Below are positions 21,851 to 36,388 of a stretch of DNA of 64,000 nt, one piece after another. Location of the stretch: the NCBI GenBank assembly GCA_043228905.1, contig JBHGNT010000011.1, positions 15,438,001-15,502,000 of the forward strand, given 5' to 3'. Both the position numbers and the translations under genes were made by a program. Source of the DNA: Azolla caroliniana. Its lineage: Eukaryota > Plantae > Polypodiophyta. The notes under the pieces were generated by a model. That model made no database searches. It was not told the DNA's origin and worked only from the letters and a program-made list of their open reading frames with translations. Every line of letters starts with the position of its first letter. Positions within the stretch are counted from its first letter, which is position 1.

Positions 21851-22439
21851 CATTGTGGTACCACTACTATGTACAATTGCTATAGCACGAGGAACCTCTT
21901 CAAGGTGGTGTTGGTGTTGGTGGTGGAAGACTCTATAACTATCTATCTTCACATAAACACGCAGCTCCTCTCCTCCCCTTCACGAGATGCTTCAAACGAA
22001 CCTCTCAGTAGCTAAATCTATCAATATCAGTTCTCCTTGTTGCCTATGCATCTCTTGTGATACTCTTCGTTAAGACAATCCAACATGAACCCATTTTTCT
22101 CTCTACTCCAAGACTCTGTGTGTGTGAAGGGAGAGAGAGAGAGAGAGAGAGAGAGAGCACAACAAGGTTGACATTAGCTAAAGACATTAAAAGTAACTTG
22201 TATTACAAACCCAAGTAAAATCGTGAAGAAAGTCTAAAAAGAGCCTAGTCAGATTGTTTCTAGCATGCAAGAAGCCACGAGAGGTAGAAGGTGACAAGCA
22301 ACTTGGAGAAGTCACAAAAGCTGATCAAATTTCAAAGCAAAAAGTGATGCACCTAAGTGTGGCAACACACCGAGGATTATCTAACATTGTTGGATGGCTC
22401 ACTTCAAAAAGTACTTGAAAGAGAAGGGAGTATTGAACA

Positions 22440-24400
22440 TAGAAAAATTATCAAAACAAAGCACAAAATGCTTCAATCTTGACAATTGAACCACCATCAA
22501 CAATAAAACATATCATCATCCTCATCTAGAACTTCAACAATAAGATGAGATGAAGTTCACTTTATCAATAATAAAGTCAAACTTGGTTATATTCAAAAGT
22601 GGTGATAATGCCCAAGTTGATCTTCCGATAGCGCACCATAATCTTAAAATCTTTTTGGTCTATGCAAAATAGGAAAGAAACTCCCCTCGACTTCTATAAA
22701 GAGGAAGGAGAGATAACCACGACATCTTGCATGGGAGGAAGTTATTGGATAGACAAACAAGGAAACATGGCAAAAAGAAACAGGGGAGAACAATCGAAGA
22801 ATCTTTAGTAACCTTGCCTTATCCTTAGCAATCACTAAACCTTAAAATCTTTTTGGTCTATGCAAAATAGGAAAGAAACTCCTCTTGACTTCTATAAAGA
22901 GGAATGAGAGATAATCAGGACATCTTGCATGGGAGGAAGTTATTGAATAGACAAACAAGGAAACATGGCAAAAAGAAATAGGGGAGAACAATCGAAGAAT
23001 CTTTAGTAACCTTGCCTTATCCTCAGCAATCACAAAACAAAATCTATCCTTCGATTCATCGATGAAGTTAGGAGTTGATAAGGAAAAATCAAATACAAAT
23101 AGTAAGATTAAGAATGGCTCAAGGATGTTTAACCACATGGACGACCCTCAAGTGAAGGACAAGTGACTAACATAAAAGGTGGAAAGATGGAGATGGATTA
23201 AGGAAAGAGACGAAAATTTTGGTTGTTCAACTTGTTGCCAATACTTCTTCATTGGCCATGAAGAGGGAATAGATGGCAAAGGATAATATATTTGGCTAAT
23301 GCTCCCTTGGAAGAAAAATTTCAAGAATCTTATCCAAGGCTTTATTTATATTTATAACAAGCATTAGTAAACAGAGTTGAATGTTGAGAGAGGAGAACCC
23401 AATTTGAAATGAATATCCAAAAAAGAGGGATCACATCTATTGTGACCCAAAGGAAACACAAGTTATTCTAACATTTAAGTAACGGAAAAAAGAAAACAAA
23501 AAAATTGTAGTTTAAGGAATATCCATCTATTCTTATTATTGACAGAACAATATTATAACAAGGACAAAGAACTCTACACAAGGGACATTAACGACAATGT
23601 CAAAGCTATACAAATAAGCAATTGAACTACATTTAGTAGAGTAAAAGTTTTTGCTCAAGAAAAACAAATAATGTATCTCATTTAAGCCAATAACATTATT
23701 GGCCCTACAACCTAGCATGTCATATGTCTTGTTCAATACAAAGAAGACTCGTAAAGCACAAACAAACACCAAGTTGTTGAGTCTATTTCAATGATTGCAT
23801 GACACCCTCCTTTGGTAAGATGTAATGAGGGAAACTAGAGACATTGATGTGAGTATATTAAGCTCATGGCCACACTCTTCGTGTTTGAGAACATGTCAAC
23901 CTAGCTTTAAATTGTTTCTTTTGATGTGTCCTCCTATCAAAAGATAATGACATGGGATGGCCACCGATCCTGGACAATCATCCAATGTACATTCTTAGCC
24001 TTTTCTAAACCTTAGTTACCTCCCGAGTCCCCATGCACACTCCTTTCCCATTATGTAATCAATAGAGTAATGCCCATGCAACTCATGCTAGACATTATTC
24101 ATTATAAATACTAGAAGTTTAGCATCTTGCTTTCCATTAAACATCACCCTTCAATGCCAACAAAATCAAAACAAGTGCAGAAGACTCTTTCAACCAAATC
24201 TTTATCATCCCTTGCTACTGAAAAAACATAATTGTTCATGATTATGGAACTTACGGCACTCTATTCTCTTTGATGTTCTTATGTGGCCAAGGAATTTTAA
24301 GAACTTATGTGTGCATGAAGCTCTTGCTTTATGTGAAGACATCAACCCATTATGAAGCATAAATAAGGATAAACCATTTACAAAAATGTGTTGTACAAAA
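22440..24400 (-). mobile_element. Highly degraded L1 ORF2 (endonuclease to start of RT), tentative
   Basis: Only scattered motif-like remnants and LINE-like strand composition; boundaries uncertain. Confidence 0.35.
22643..23033. repeat. Tandem duplication, period 198 bp
   Basis: cttaaaatctttttggtctatgc...gcaatcac at 22643-22835 and 22841-23033 with a handful of substitutions; also visible as paired ORFs 22644-22835 and 22842-23138. Confidence 0.95.
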
Positions 24401-26692
24401 AAAGCAACGGCTCCCAAAGCTTACCATCTACATATTCCTTGCAAAACTCGAAGAAGAAGAAACGATTCAATATAAGATTAAATCACTAAAGATGGTGAAT
24501 CACAACGTTATGAAAATTAAATACTCTGAAGAAGTATAAATAGTGGGCTTTTGGATTCTAATGTGATTGAATTTACTTAATGGGATAATTAAGAAACATG
24601 ATAGGGAAGACCTAATTAAGTGGCATGATCCAACTACTCAATGGCATGTTTCTTAATTAACGTCATTCAATTAGAAGCACATTCCTTAATTGACATTGAA
24701 ATCTCAATTAGATGAAGAAACATTACTTGACAAAGACATTTTTCATTCTTCGCATATTCCCAATTTATTAGGCAAAAAGCATAGCATTTTGAAAAATATA
24801 GAGGAATATGTGGGCATCTTGGAAAATAGAATTAAAAGGGATCACACTGTGAGAAAAATATTATAGATCTATTATTGGATACCTGTCCCCTTGATGAGAT
24901 AAAAAAAAATCTACAATAGTAATATTATCAAAAGCAAGCATTTGAAAGCCTTGAGTGCGAAAATCTTGGTTAAATTAAGAGTTTTTTACAAAAAAAGAAT
25001 TTACAAGTTGGTTAATGTTTGTATGCACATGCACGCTTTTTTAGTTCGAGTTAATTTCAACTACGAAGTAATGAATCGAGAAAGTCTCACATTCAAAGAT
25101 AGAAGGCTAAAATAAAAAGTGGGATTTCCTCAACAATGCCTATAGAAGCTTACAATGTGAAATTAATATCGTTTAACAACTGTGTTATAGTTGTACTTTT
25201 TACCCTAAATGTGATCGAGAGAGAAAAATTGAAGATTGAAAACACAAGCCAAATTAAATGTTCTAAATGAAACAAAGTGGGGAAGAGATATTAGTGCAAT
25301 GAGATGAAAAATAAGGATACCAAAAATGTACGTTTAACTAAACATGAATGTGAAATTTAATAAAAACAAGTATCTTCTTGCTTGGGGACAAAACCAAAAG
25401 GAGAAAGTAGCACATCCTTCAACCAAGACATAGTAGAAGACAAAACTCTTCAAGACAACGTAAAATTGATTTGGGCTTTAGAGCAAGACAGAGAATACCA
25501 TTCTTTATCAGGAGATTGCACAAACTTTTGTTTTGAGATGTTACATTGTTTTCCAACTCGTATATACTTGTGAGACAAATGTATTGAAGGTAGACATGGC
25601 CAATTTGATCTCAAATCGAGGATCCATGTATTGGCCCTATCTCCTTGATCTTATTGATTAGTATGCGAAATAAATATTTAGATACATCTTTAAGTGAATC
25701 GAATCAAGATTACATTATATGTCTAATGGTTGCATTCCATTCACATATTGGAATGGTAACTTTGTGAATTGGCAGTATAAAGATCAAAACTTCTAAGTTG
25801 TGACAATTAAAGTTTGTGGTTATGTTGATATAGATGGAGCAACATGAGTATGTATTGATGTAGCATTTACATAGTTTGCATATGGATGCAACATTATTGA
25901 TTTCATATTGCAGATGGTAAATGAAGATGGATGGATGATAGCGAAAATGAATGTCACACTTAAATGTTCGACAAAAACAAAATTCATGCCATATTTAATA
26001 TTGTCTTTTTAATCATTTGTGACCTATAAAGGCAAAATGAAGGTACAAACTTATTAATCTCGGTGGGTGTCGTGTCATAAATTCATTTATACTTACCAAT
26101 TTATCATAATGATTCTTTACGGCTAGATTGAAAATTTGAGGCTAGTTAATTGAAGAACTTTTTTGCCCACTACAAGTTTATTTGAATGTATGCGTTAATT
26201 GAATTGAAAATATTGACTTGTGTTACAAAGAATAAAAACAACACGAGTTCTTCTAAGCCTTATTGATACTTGTCAAGCCATAGATACGAAAATATAACAA
26301 TTTTAGTTTGGTAGGATATGTTCTTTTTCGTGGCTTGCTTTATATCTTTGTTTTTGTAAAAGAGTATCACGAGTTCAGCATGTAACGCCTCTTCCAATAA
26401 GTACTAAAAGTGAGTTTTAATTTATTTTGACCATGAAAAGGCAGCGCCTTCTATTATAGTAGCTATAGGTACATATGCTATTGTTCTTTGCCCATGATCA
26501 AAACAATAACTCCCACTAATGACGCTTTCATAATTATGGACATCGAAATGTCAACTCTTGTCTAAATTTGTACCAATTTTGCTTTACCTTCAATGTTATG
26601 TTTGACTCACTATTTTTTAATTCGTCTTATTAAAACTTGTCCCGATCAAACTAAAGACATAATTATGTGTGTGTGTATACACACACATTTCA

Positions 26693-26975
26693 TTCTTGGA
26701 GATGAAATATGAGCTATTGAACCAAAATGAAACATTTTCGTGTCAAAAGTGTGGCGTTCGCTATGTCATTCAAGAATTTTACAATTGTATATTGAATTTG
26801 AGAATGCATTATACACACACACACACACATACATATATCAATATATGTATTGTTCTTGGAGATGAAATATGAGCTATTGAACCAAATGAAACATTTTCAC
26901 CACGTGTGTGGAGTTAGTAAGTGACTATTGTTCAAGAATTTTACAAATGCACATTGAAATTGGAGAATGCATTTC
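26693..26975. repeat. Degenerate tandem duplication, period ~160 bp
   Basis: ttcttggagatgaaatatgagctattgaaccaaa and tcaagaattttacaa each occur twice. Confidence 0.8.
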
Positions 26976-28792
26976 GTAATTTAGAGAAAAATCTTGGTAG
27001 GGAATATTACACTTATAATAATCAATTCTAAATATAAACAATAACTAAACAAATTAAAGAAAACAATTTACAAATGAAGCTTAACCACACCAACCAGCCC
27101 TCAACAAATGACAAGACACAAATACAAGACCCCATCAATGTCTTCTATTTAGTATTAATATGGCCTTATATTAACCTGGAAGTCCAACATACCACAAATC
27201 CGAAATATGTGAGATTTGCATCATCAATAGAATATGAACATCTCTCATATGTTGTGTGAAAGGGGATAGCTTGTCTTAGATGATCACATGGTTGATGCTT
27301 CTTGTAATCCTTTAGGAGGAGGACACCAAGTGTTAGTTATCTATTATTGTATGTTTCACTCACGTGAGGAAACAATGTAAAGGATGAAGAGAACATACAA
27401 ACCCTACGAAAAGGAACTTGTGTCCCCATAATATGGAAGGGAACATAGTTGGCATTTTATTATATGAAAGAGAACATACTTCCCTTGTGGTTAGTGTTTC
27501 TCCGGGTGACTTAACCCAACCACCACCACTAATAGCTAGCAACACCGACTTGCTATGCTCTTTTAATCACACAATAGATGACAACAACATTTTGACAAAA
27601 CTAGATTTTTGGGATTGTTTGGGGGCAATGTCACTATCCAACAATCATGCCAAGTGTTGCCCATGAAGTGAAGGACATGTAAAAATAAAGAAAGAGGGTA
27701 TAACAGTAAACTTATGATGATATGCAAGAACCCATTTATGGGTCACATGTGAAACAATAGAATATAATCATTTACTTTTCGAGGGGCAATCAATGGTTAC
27801 ACATTGCCCTTGATGGCAACAACCATTGTATAAACATGTGTATCAAGCTTGAAGAAGGCAAAGGTAAGTATGTTGATGCCATACTATGTTAGAGAACTTG
27901 TTTCTCCACTTTATTTAAGTGTCTTCCAACTACTTGACAAGAACCATTGTTTGTTGTGTTTACATCTTAGTATCATCAAGGTCACGTGTTGAGTTACATA
28001 CACCTGTGTCAAAGAGAGAGATTTGCACACTTCTCCTCCCCTTCATAAGAAGTAGCTTCCACATAGTGTGCCTCTTGTTTGTTGGTAAGAGGCAACCACC
28101 ATTGTTGGACACGTCCCTTACATTCCATGATTTTGCATTGTAGTGGACAAGCATAATGGGTTTCATTTATGGTGGCTCTACTTCAACCTCCTAATAAGCA
28201 TTACCTCACATGCTTCTACTCTTAATAGTTCCTATAATCCTACCTTACATCAAGAATTCCTTGAATGATTGTGGCTGGTTCATTGACCAAGTGATGTTTT
28301 AATCCCATAACCCCATATTTTGCTTCAATGAGGCCACCGCATTTGATAAGTATATTGTCACCATTTCAAGCGTGTTTGACTAGAACATATCCCCACATTG
28401 CAAATGGACCCACCATACCCTCCACATTGCATAGAAACAACTTGGCTAACTTTGGCTCCAGGCTAACTCCATCTAAGAAATATATGCTTGTTTTCTTCTT
28501 CCTTTTGTTAGAAGTAGCTTCCATGGTGTGTGTCCCCCTATTTGTTGGTTGTGAACAACCATCACCATAGAACAAGAGATATCACAAATTGACAGAGAGG
28601 GATCTCACCAACAAGAAGCAATCTCACGAAGAGATTTCACAACACCTTAAATTTAGCCCTTATGCATGAGGCCCCTAAAGATCAATATTCAAAGGTTGAT
28701 TAGCCTAACGATGAGGAATAGATTCTCTTATAAGATAATACAACCAAGCTTATAGACATAAAGGTCTAGTTACTTAAAACTTAGTAGCTTCT

Positions 28793-29124
28793 ACATATGG
28801 TTGATGCTCCTACATACTCTAAGAAGTCAATATGAGGCAATAACTAGTAAGCTTGAGGTTGTATTTCGTTAGCAACAACATTTTTGAGAATTTTGGAAAA
28901 AGGCAGAGGTCTTCACCTCTTTTGGGGAGAGAGTAAAGTGGAGATATGCTCCAGCAAGATGGCTTTTTCCGCCTCCGTCTTGGAAGGACCATGCATGAGG
29001 GCTTTTGGTACTCGACATGTTGGTTGATGTGGGTATGAGGGTTATATTTTATTGTATGAGTTCTTTGTAGCCTTTGGGTATCTTTCCATCAATACCAAGG
29101 TGAATCTTTATTCAAAACAAAAAA
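28793..29124 (+). mobile_element. Short 5'-truncated L1 insertion (332 bp) with 18-bp TSD
   Basis: TAAAACTTAGTAGCTTCT at 28775-28792 and 29125-29142; insert translates IWLMLLHTLRSQYEA...VKWRYAPARWLFPPP, like the ORF2 end at 13.2-13.4 kb; A-rich tail. Confidence 0.9.
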
Positions 29125-29399
29125 TAAAACTTAGTAGCTTCTTTAATGTTACTTGCATTGCATATGCCAATAGGTTTCAAATATGATGAAACAAACAATA
29201 TTCGAAAGAAACCAAATCATAATATACATAACTAAAAATCATTATAAAGATTACATAAAAGTTTTTGTTTTCCATATCAATAGCTTTATCAAGGATCGAG
29301 TTGCACTCCACATGTTTGGATTTGTCAATGACATGTTCTCACTAGAGAATATTTGTAGGGTGTAGTAAGATTATGAGTAGTTTCTATATCATCTTAAAT

Positions 29400-31200
29400 A
29401 TGAAACCTAGGTTTGGTGTATCTCAACGCAAGTAAAGTTCTTGGATGTATAACTACTTTACCCTATTATAGGCTAAAGTGAAGAGCTAGAGTGTTGACCA
29501 ATGACAGATAGAAAGTCAAGTGGGTGACATATCTCTTAGTATATTTTTGTAGAAGGTCATATTATTCCCCAATATTTGATGTTCTTTGAAGTTGAAAGAA
29601 TAATCAATATGTCTAGAACAATCACACTTTTAAAAGTGACGTTAAAATTCAATCCAATTGAAATTTAAGTCACACACATAGCGCTTATCACATTGGTTCA
29701 TTTTTGTGGTGGTTCCATGAGGGACCAACACAATTTGTCTAAATTCCTACATCTAAGCACCCGAGAACTTTATTGGCTATGATGTTCTATGGAAAAACAT
29801 AATGATTAGAAGCACATTGACTCTAGACTAACAAAGTTTCACCATGAGAAAAAGAATTATAGAAACTTTAGAGATATTGGAACTAGATTTCAAAAACTTA
29901 AAATTTAATACTCGGGCATGTAACCCTTATAATAATTGTTTCAAAATATGGTTATAACTCTTTGTAGACGACCAACAATAATTGTCAAAACGTTTTTTTC
30001 ACCATCCATAGACATGAAAATATTAATGGTTATGACATTGTTTGAACAAAGTAAGCATAAGACCCCCTTCTAGTAGACTTACACGATGAGTGCAAAGTCC
30101 AAACCATCATTGTATACTTATTCCATAACCTAGTATATCCAAGAACCAAGAAAGGGTCGATCATGCGATATCAAAGAATCAAGAAGAGCTTATCCCCTTG
30201 ACTAAACATTTCAAGATGCACAACACATAAAACAAAAACAATGAGAACTTTGCCTATATTACAAATATAGGTATTAGGAACCAAACAATTGTTCATGATG
30301 CATTATCCAATAAGCGATAAGAACATTCCAGAAAGCATCCAATAACCATGGAGAATTTCCTCAATTTGATACACAAGAACCATGAAAGAGCTAATGATTT
30401 GTTGCCAATCTAAGATGCAAAGTGCATAAATCCCTTCTATTCATGAATTGAGTGACTTCATTCCCTATACAATGGAGGTTATGCAGTGAGATTTTCATTT
30501 GGGCTCAACAACGTGAATTTAGTTGTTGGGTTGCAATGGAGGCATTTCCACAAAGTTTCATGAACATGAAGTACAGTCCAACAAAGTTATGAAGCCGCAT
30601 TCGTGCTCCCCCGACATAAGTTATTCAAAGCCATTTTTTTTCACCACAACTTATTCCAACACACAATTCTTTGCACCCAAAATGTGGACATGCCCAAAAG
30701 GTCTTCATCATGATACTAATTTGATTACATTTTTCATGCCAATATCCACCTAAACATTGCAATTGACTTCAAACCACAAATAAATTTCACCATTCATGGA
30801 GTCTCACCCAACTTTTGAGGACGAACTACAATTAACGACATGGAAATCAAAACAGAATACATCTCAACAAATATGCATTGAGAAACAATACCCTTGTCAA
30901 AAGGAAAATAAACCTTCTCAGGACATGTTCGTTGCCATGAGGAATAAATTTTGAAGGCTTGAATGTAGACAATGAGATACACTTCCATGGAAGTTGGTGG
31001 TGGGATATAGATGTCAAGGTTGGGTTCACATTATGATGGAGAGAAATGAGAGAACAAGATGCCCTAATAAAAAATCATTAACAAGCTTTTTTACTTTCAA
31101 AAGCCAATTGATGCGCACAATCATAGACAATGTACTTGCTCATTCGGAATTGTTACCATTAATCTTCATTGGTTAGAGGCGATCATTCTAATGAAATGCC
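29400..31200 (-). mobile_element. Highly degraded L1 RT region, tentative
   Basis: Minus-strand SQGD-like motif at ~30190-30205 and a YxDD-like remnant at ~30105; no open frame. Confidence 0.4.
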
Positions 31201-32010
31201 GTACATAACATTTAGCAAACTCAACTCTAAATCGTGAATGATGACTGTATTTGACATTCAACGAAAATGTAGGAGGCTAAATTATCCGAGCTAGAAGAGA
31301 AAACAAAAAGGGAGTAAGCACTAAGATTACTCTGTTTTTTATTGTACCAATGAAAAAGGATCGGTTCTAGCTTACATTGAATGTGAACTTGAGCTAGAAA
31401 GCACGAAACTTGGTATACGGCTAAGTGAAAAGGTGAGTAAAAATCTTATGAAGTGAGCGTGCTTCTTGATTTCGAACCAACAAGGTTTCATTGCATGAAA
31501 GTGATACTCTAACCCCACCAAGATGAGGGGAAAGGCTTTTTAGTTTGTTTGGGTTTCAAGTCAAAGGGCATACTTTGATATTTGGCAAAATATAAAGGAC
31601 TGAGTCAAGGCCCTATGGGGGTATATTCTGATATAAAGCCAAAGTGGAGAGGCCAATTTTAGAATTTCAAAGAAAATGAATGATCTATTCTGTAATTTCA
31701 GATGTCAAAGAGGGAGGGAGAAGAAGAAGAAGAAGAAGAAGAAGAAGAAGAAGGAGAAGTAAAGACAGAAGTCTAAATCAATGACTCCTTCCTCTTTGTG
31801 TGTCCCATTTAGCAGCTTTGGCAAATAAAAAATCACAGAAAAATCAGAAAGAAATTGGGTGATTTCATCGCAAGTCAGAGGACCAAGTTTCGATCTCTGA
31901 ACTAATCCACAGATTTTAGGGTTGGTTTGGTTTTCCCTCTTCCTTTTGTTTTTCTTTTTTTTTCAATCTCTGTTTCTGTATTTTTTGTACCCTGCTTTTT
32001 TGAAGCTTCC

Positions 32011-34973
32011 ATGAAGAGGGCAAGGTCCTTCATAGAAGGTGAAGATATGTCTTCTTATCAGCAGATGGGTCCTATCGATCCTTCATCTTTACCTTCACAT
32101 CAACAAATGGGCAGTGCTGATTTGATCTCTAGGAGACATGTCGAAGCTCAGAGAGCGTCATCTACCACTCACACGCTAGAAAAGCAAGCAAACGAGGTTT
32201 CTTCTTCTGAAGCTGTTGTTGGTGTTGGTACAAGGGGACTTAGACCTATAGTCGAACAGAGAAGTGAGCATGAAGGAAAAATGGATCTCTCTAGAAGGGG
32301 CTCCAAGTCTACAGCAGAACAAAGAAGTGAAAACGAAGGAAAGTTGGGCCTTTTTACTCATGAACCGAATTTGAGCAAAACCCTCATCAAAGAAGAGGAG
32401 ATTGGGCCCGAGCAAAGTGTTATACATAGAGTTATCAGTGGTTCAGACAAGATATCTTTGAAAGATATTGCTTCTGGACCCATCGAAGTCATTGCCGATG
32501 TGATGAATGCGCAACTACCCGAAACACAAGAACACCTCAAAGCTGAGCTTCGGGATATTTTGAATGGTTCTGGTGGATCAAACCAAAGAGAAGAATTCGT
32601 AATGCTTCAGAATCTTGTACTTATCCGAAAGAATATTTCTCCAGAGAATCTTTTAAAAGCAAATCAGAGTCAATTGCAGATTCTCGTGGCTTTGAAGACT
32701 GGAATACAAGCATTTCTACACCCCGACATATCGGCAACACAAAGTGTTCTAATTGAGGTCTTCTTCCATAAGAAATGTAGAAACATGGCATGCCAGAGCC
32801 AGTTACCCGGTGATGATTGTAGGTGTGACATTTGCTCTACAAAGAGTGGGTTTTGCAATGTATGCATGTGCACAATATGTACTAAATTTGACTTTGATGT
32901 GAACACATGCCGTTGGATTGGATGTGATGAATGCTCTCATTGGACCCATACTGACTGTGCAATGAAGGTTCATCAAATTAGTATGGGTGTATCATTGAAA
33001 GGTTCACCAGAAATGCTATTCACATGTAAAGCTTGTAAGCATACATCGGAATTGTTAGGATGGGTCAGAGACGTGTTTCAAACTTGTGCGGGTGATTGGG
33101 ACTCTGAAGAACTTCTGAAAGAATTTGACTCGGTTCGTCGGATCTTCCATGGGGCTGAGGATTCAAAAGGAAAGAGCTTGTTTTGGAAGTCAGGAGAACT
33201 ACTGGAAAGGCTAAAGAATGGAGCAGATGGTGGCTCTGTGTGCAACGAGATGCAACGTTTCTTCCAAGGTATACTTCATTGTAAAGTCCTCTTTGTTTTC
33301 ATTTATGCGTGTTATCTATGGCGTAATTGTCACAACATCAAGTAAATGTTTTGTGGTTTTGTTAGTTTCATGGTATTGAAGTTTTGTTTCAAAAACAGAA
33401 ACATTTGCAATTCAAATGAATACAAATGTAATGCATTATCTATATATGTATTAGTATGTCTGTGCATGTGCATGTGATATATGTTTAGATATTTATAATA
33501 TGGAAAGAGAGCTTGATTTAGGAAATTATAAGTAATTTATGAGTTTTCCTCAGTCAGCAGAGAGTATTTACTGATTGCTGAAATTCTAAAAGTTCCCTAA
33601 AATTTTCAGATTAGTCTGACATGCTTTTAAAGAGAACTGAGAGAACGAATCTAGTGGAGAAAATTAATCCAAGTATTTTTTGAGTGTTTTCATTCTTTTA
33701 CTTTACTTTTTTTTGCAATCTCCTATATGGTTATGTCAGATACGTTTTGCTATGAAATGTTTCTAAACAATGTTTCATTGGTTACAATGCTGTGGCTATA
33801 AAAACATGCATATCTTTGATCAGTACTGGAGAACATGATGTCTTTTGCTGCATTTGTTATCATGGAAAAATCAATGATGATTGTTTAGAAACAAGTGATT
33901 CTTGTTTTTCTTTTGTTGTCATTTTCTTCTTGTAGTTTTTATAATTTGTTTTCGTTGCGTGTCATTCTTTATGCTTATTGAACAGATGATCTGTGTTCGT
34001 CAATGCAGGTGATGTGTGTTATTTACGTTCTTTTTCTGGATTCATAGCTAAAAGTAGGCTTTCATAGTTTTTGGAACCTTTCTGCAATTATTTTAGAAGT
34101 TAAGGAATTTTTAAGAGTTTATTAATGTTAGGCTCAAAATAAGGTGAATTTTTATTGAAAAAGTGGAAATATTAACCCAGTATTTGTATACATTTTTAGA
34201 GTTTCATAAGATAAGATATGAATTTATCCAATCATTTATAATTGAACATCCAAGGAAACTTTAATCAAAATATTGTAGAGCCATTTTGTAAAGATCAAAC
34301 TGGTTGTGTATTGATGGAATCTTAATAGTTTTGATTGTTGTTGATTCTAACTTTTGCTGTAGATTTGGAAGCAGAAGAAGTTGAGCGATACAAAGGCGAG
34401 AATGTAAAGATGATAGAACCACAAGAAGCATGCAATCGCATTGCAGAAGTTGTTCAAGAAGCGGTGGCGAAGATGGAGATGGTGGCCCAAGAGAAATCTC
34501 GTGCTCTCAGGAGAGCTCGAGCTGCTCTAGAAGCATCCGACAAAGAACTCGACGAGAAGAAGCGAGAGCTACAGGAGCTTCAAATTGAAAGGCTAAGGAA
34601 GAAGCAAGAGATAGATGAGTTAGAGACGATCGTGAAGCTAAGGTTGGCGGAATCTGAGATGTTTCAGATGAGGGCTGATGATGCGATGAAAGATGCTATG
34701 AATCTGCAACGGATTGTTGTTGATAAGTCGGAGAAAGCCGAGGAAGAGTACACGGTGCGGTATCTTCAGATAAGGTTGAATGAGGTCGAGGCGGAAAGGC
34801 AGGCGCTTTTCGAGAAGATCCAGCACCAAGAGCAGCTTTCAAGGGCTTCGCAACTGAACACCTCGCAGGTAGCGATGAGGGGTAAGATCGAAGACTTGCT
34901 TAAACGAGTCTCACACAACCTGAAAGATGCTGGCGATCCTAAAGATGCATCAATCCTAAACCCAAAACCCTAA
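32011..34973 (+). CDS. OBE: OBERON-like (OBE1/OBE2-type) PHD-finger coiled-coil protein, 2 exons
   Basis: Exon 32011-33268 (LKTGIQAFLHP, KCRNMACQSQLP.DDC.C.IC..K.GFC..CMC.IC.KFDFDVNTCRWIGCD.CSHWTHTDCA) joined through a phase-1 GT-AG intron to exon 34363-34973 (EACNRIAEVVQEAV.KME.V, LAESEMFQMRADDA). Confidence 0.95.
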
Positions 34974-35185
34974 ATAGATAAACATAAAGCCCTAACCCTA
35001 TAGCTAACCTTAACTCTAAATCCTAACAAAGAATTACCCCTTACATTTCTTTCTTTCTTGTTTTCTTGTTTCATAAACACAAAGTGAAGGAAGACTCTAA
35101 ATGTAATTCTAGACCCAAAACCCTGAAATGGAAACACCACCCATAATCCTAAGACAAAATCTGTCACCCTAAACCTTAACCTTAA
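34937..35185 (+). repeat. Degenerate telomere-like (CCCTAAA-type) repeats
   Basis: aatcctaaacccaaaaccctaaa, gccctaaccctatagctaaccttaactctaaatcctaa, accctaaaccttaaccttaaa. Confidence 0.7.
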
Positions 35186-36043
35186 ATATTCTTCATGCTT
35201 CTAGTATATATATATATATATATATCGAAGCTTTCATTGTTTCCACATTTGATATTCTTGCTCAAGATGATCAGCCACATAACCAGAAATCTCTTCTTTT
35301 ATTTGTATTCCAGTACCTACCCTAGCTTTCTTCACTCCCTGGGTTTTCTTTCCCTTATTATTAATATATACCCATCTAAGATCTCTTATCAACATTACGT
35401 TCTTTGTTTATATTTTCTCACTTAATTGTGCTGGTGGGAATTGAACTCCCCAAGTTGTGGCTCATAGAGCAAGAACCAAATCAAACATCTTAAACCCTTT
35501 CATTGAAGTAAATGGTGTATGATCTTACCAACATGGCCTCATGGTCCAGGTTTCTTAAATTAATGCTATACATCTGTGAAATAGATGGTATATTTAACAG
35601 AAATGTATTTGAGATTGTACATTATCTTGATTGGGTTTCCAACCAGAAGTTCAAAATTTGCACAAGTTCCATCAGTTATGTGTAGATGGCATACGAATAG
35701 AGGAGGCTTTCTATAATATCAAGTGTAGTGGGTGTTCAAATATTTATATATCAAGAATTGCATGTTCCATTTTCATGTAATAATACACATCATGCTCATT
35801 TTACCCACACATGTTGGAAAGGGCTGATCATTTTGACTCTCTAAATAGCACCACATTCCTCATATAAATAAATTGTATCCACTTGGTTTGTTTTCATTGC
35901 TTATTAATCAATGTTGCTTAGCTAATCCAAAGTGACACCTGATTTTAGAAAAATGTGGATTGACTACCAATGATTATTTCTCTCATCTTGTACTATGGTG
36001 GTTGGCCTTAACTTAATTGGTCTAAGACACAATTTGCAAGGCT

Positions 36044-36388
36044 ATTGTGCATAAACAAAACACCACCTACTATCGGGGAAAACTATGAAATAGGTATTAG
36101 AGTTTTTTGTTTTGTATGTAGGGTCTAGGCATTTCGCCAAAATGCTTTCGATGAAATGCACAAATGTATAAAAAAAGAGATGAATTGACCATATATGTTT
36201 GTTAGTCAAACTTTTTTGTTGTGCATTGTGCATAAACACAACACCACAAAATATTGGGAAAAACTTTGAAATAGGCATGAGTTTTTTTTGGTATGTAGAG
36301 TTAAGGCATTTCGCAAAATGCTCATAATCCAACCCCCCCAAAAAGATAAAAAGGAGATGCATTGACCAATCCTTTGGTTAGTCAACAC
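36044..36388. repeat. Degenerate tandem duplication, period ~181 bp
   Basis: attgtgcataaac..aacacca, ggaaaact.tgaaatagg, aggcatttcgc.aaaatgct and attgacca...gttagtcaa are each repeated. Confidence 0.8.
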
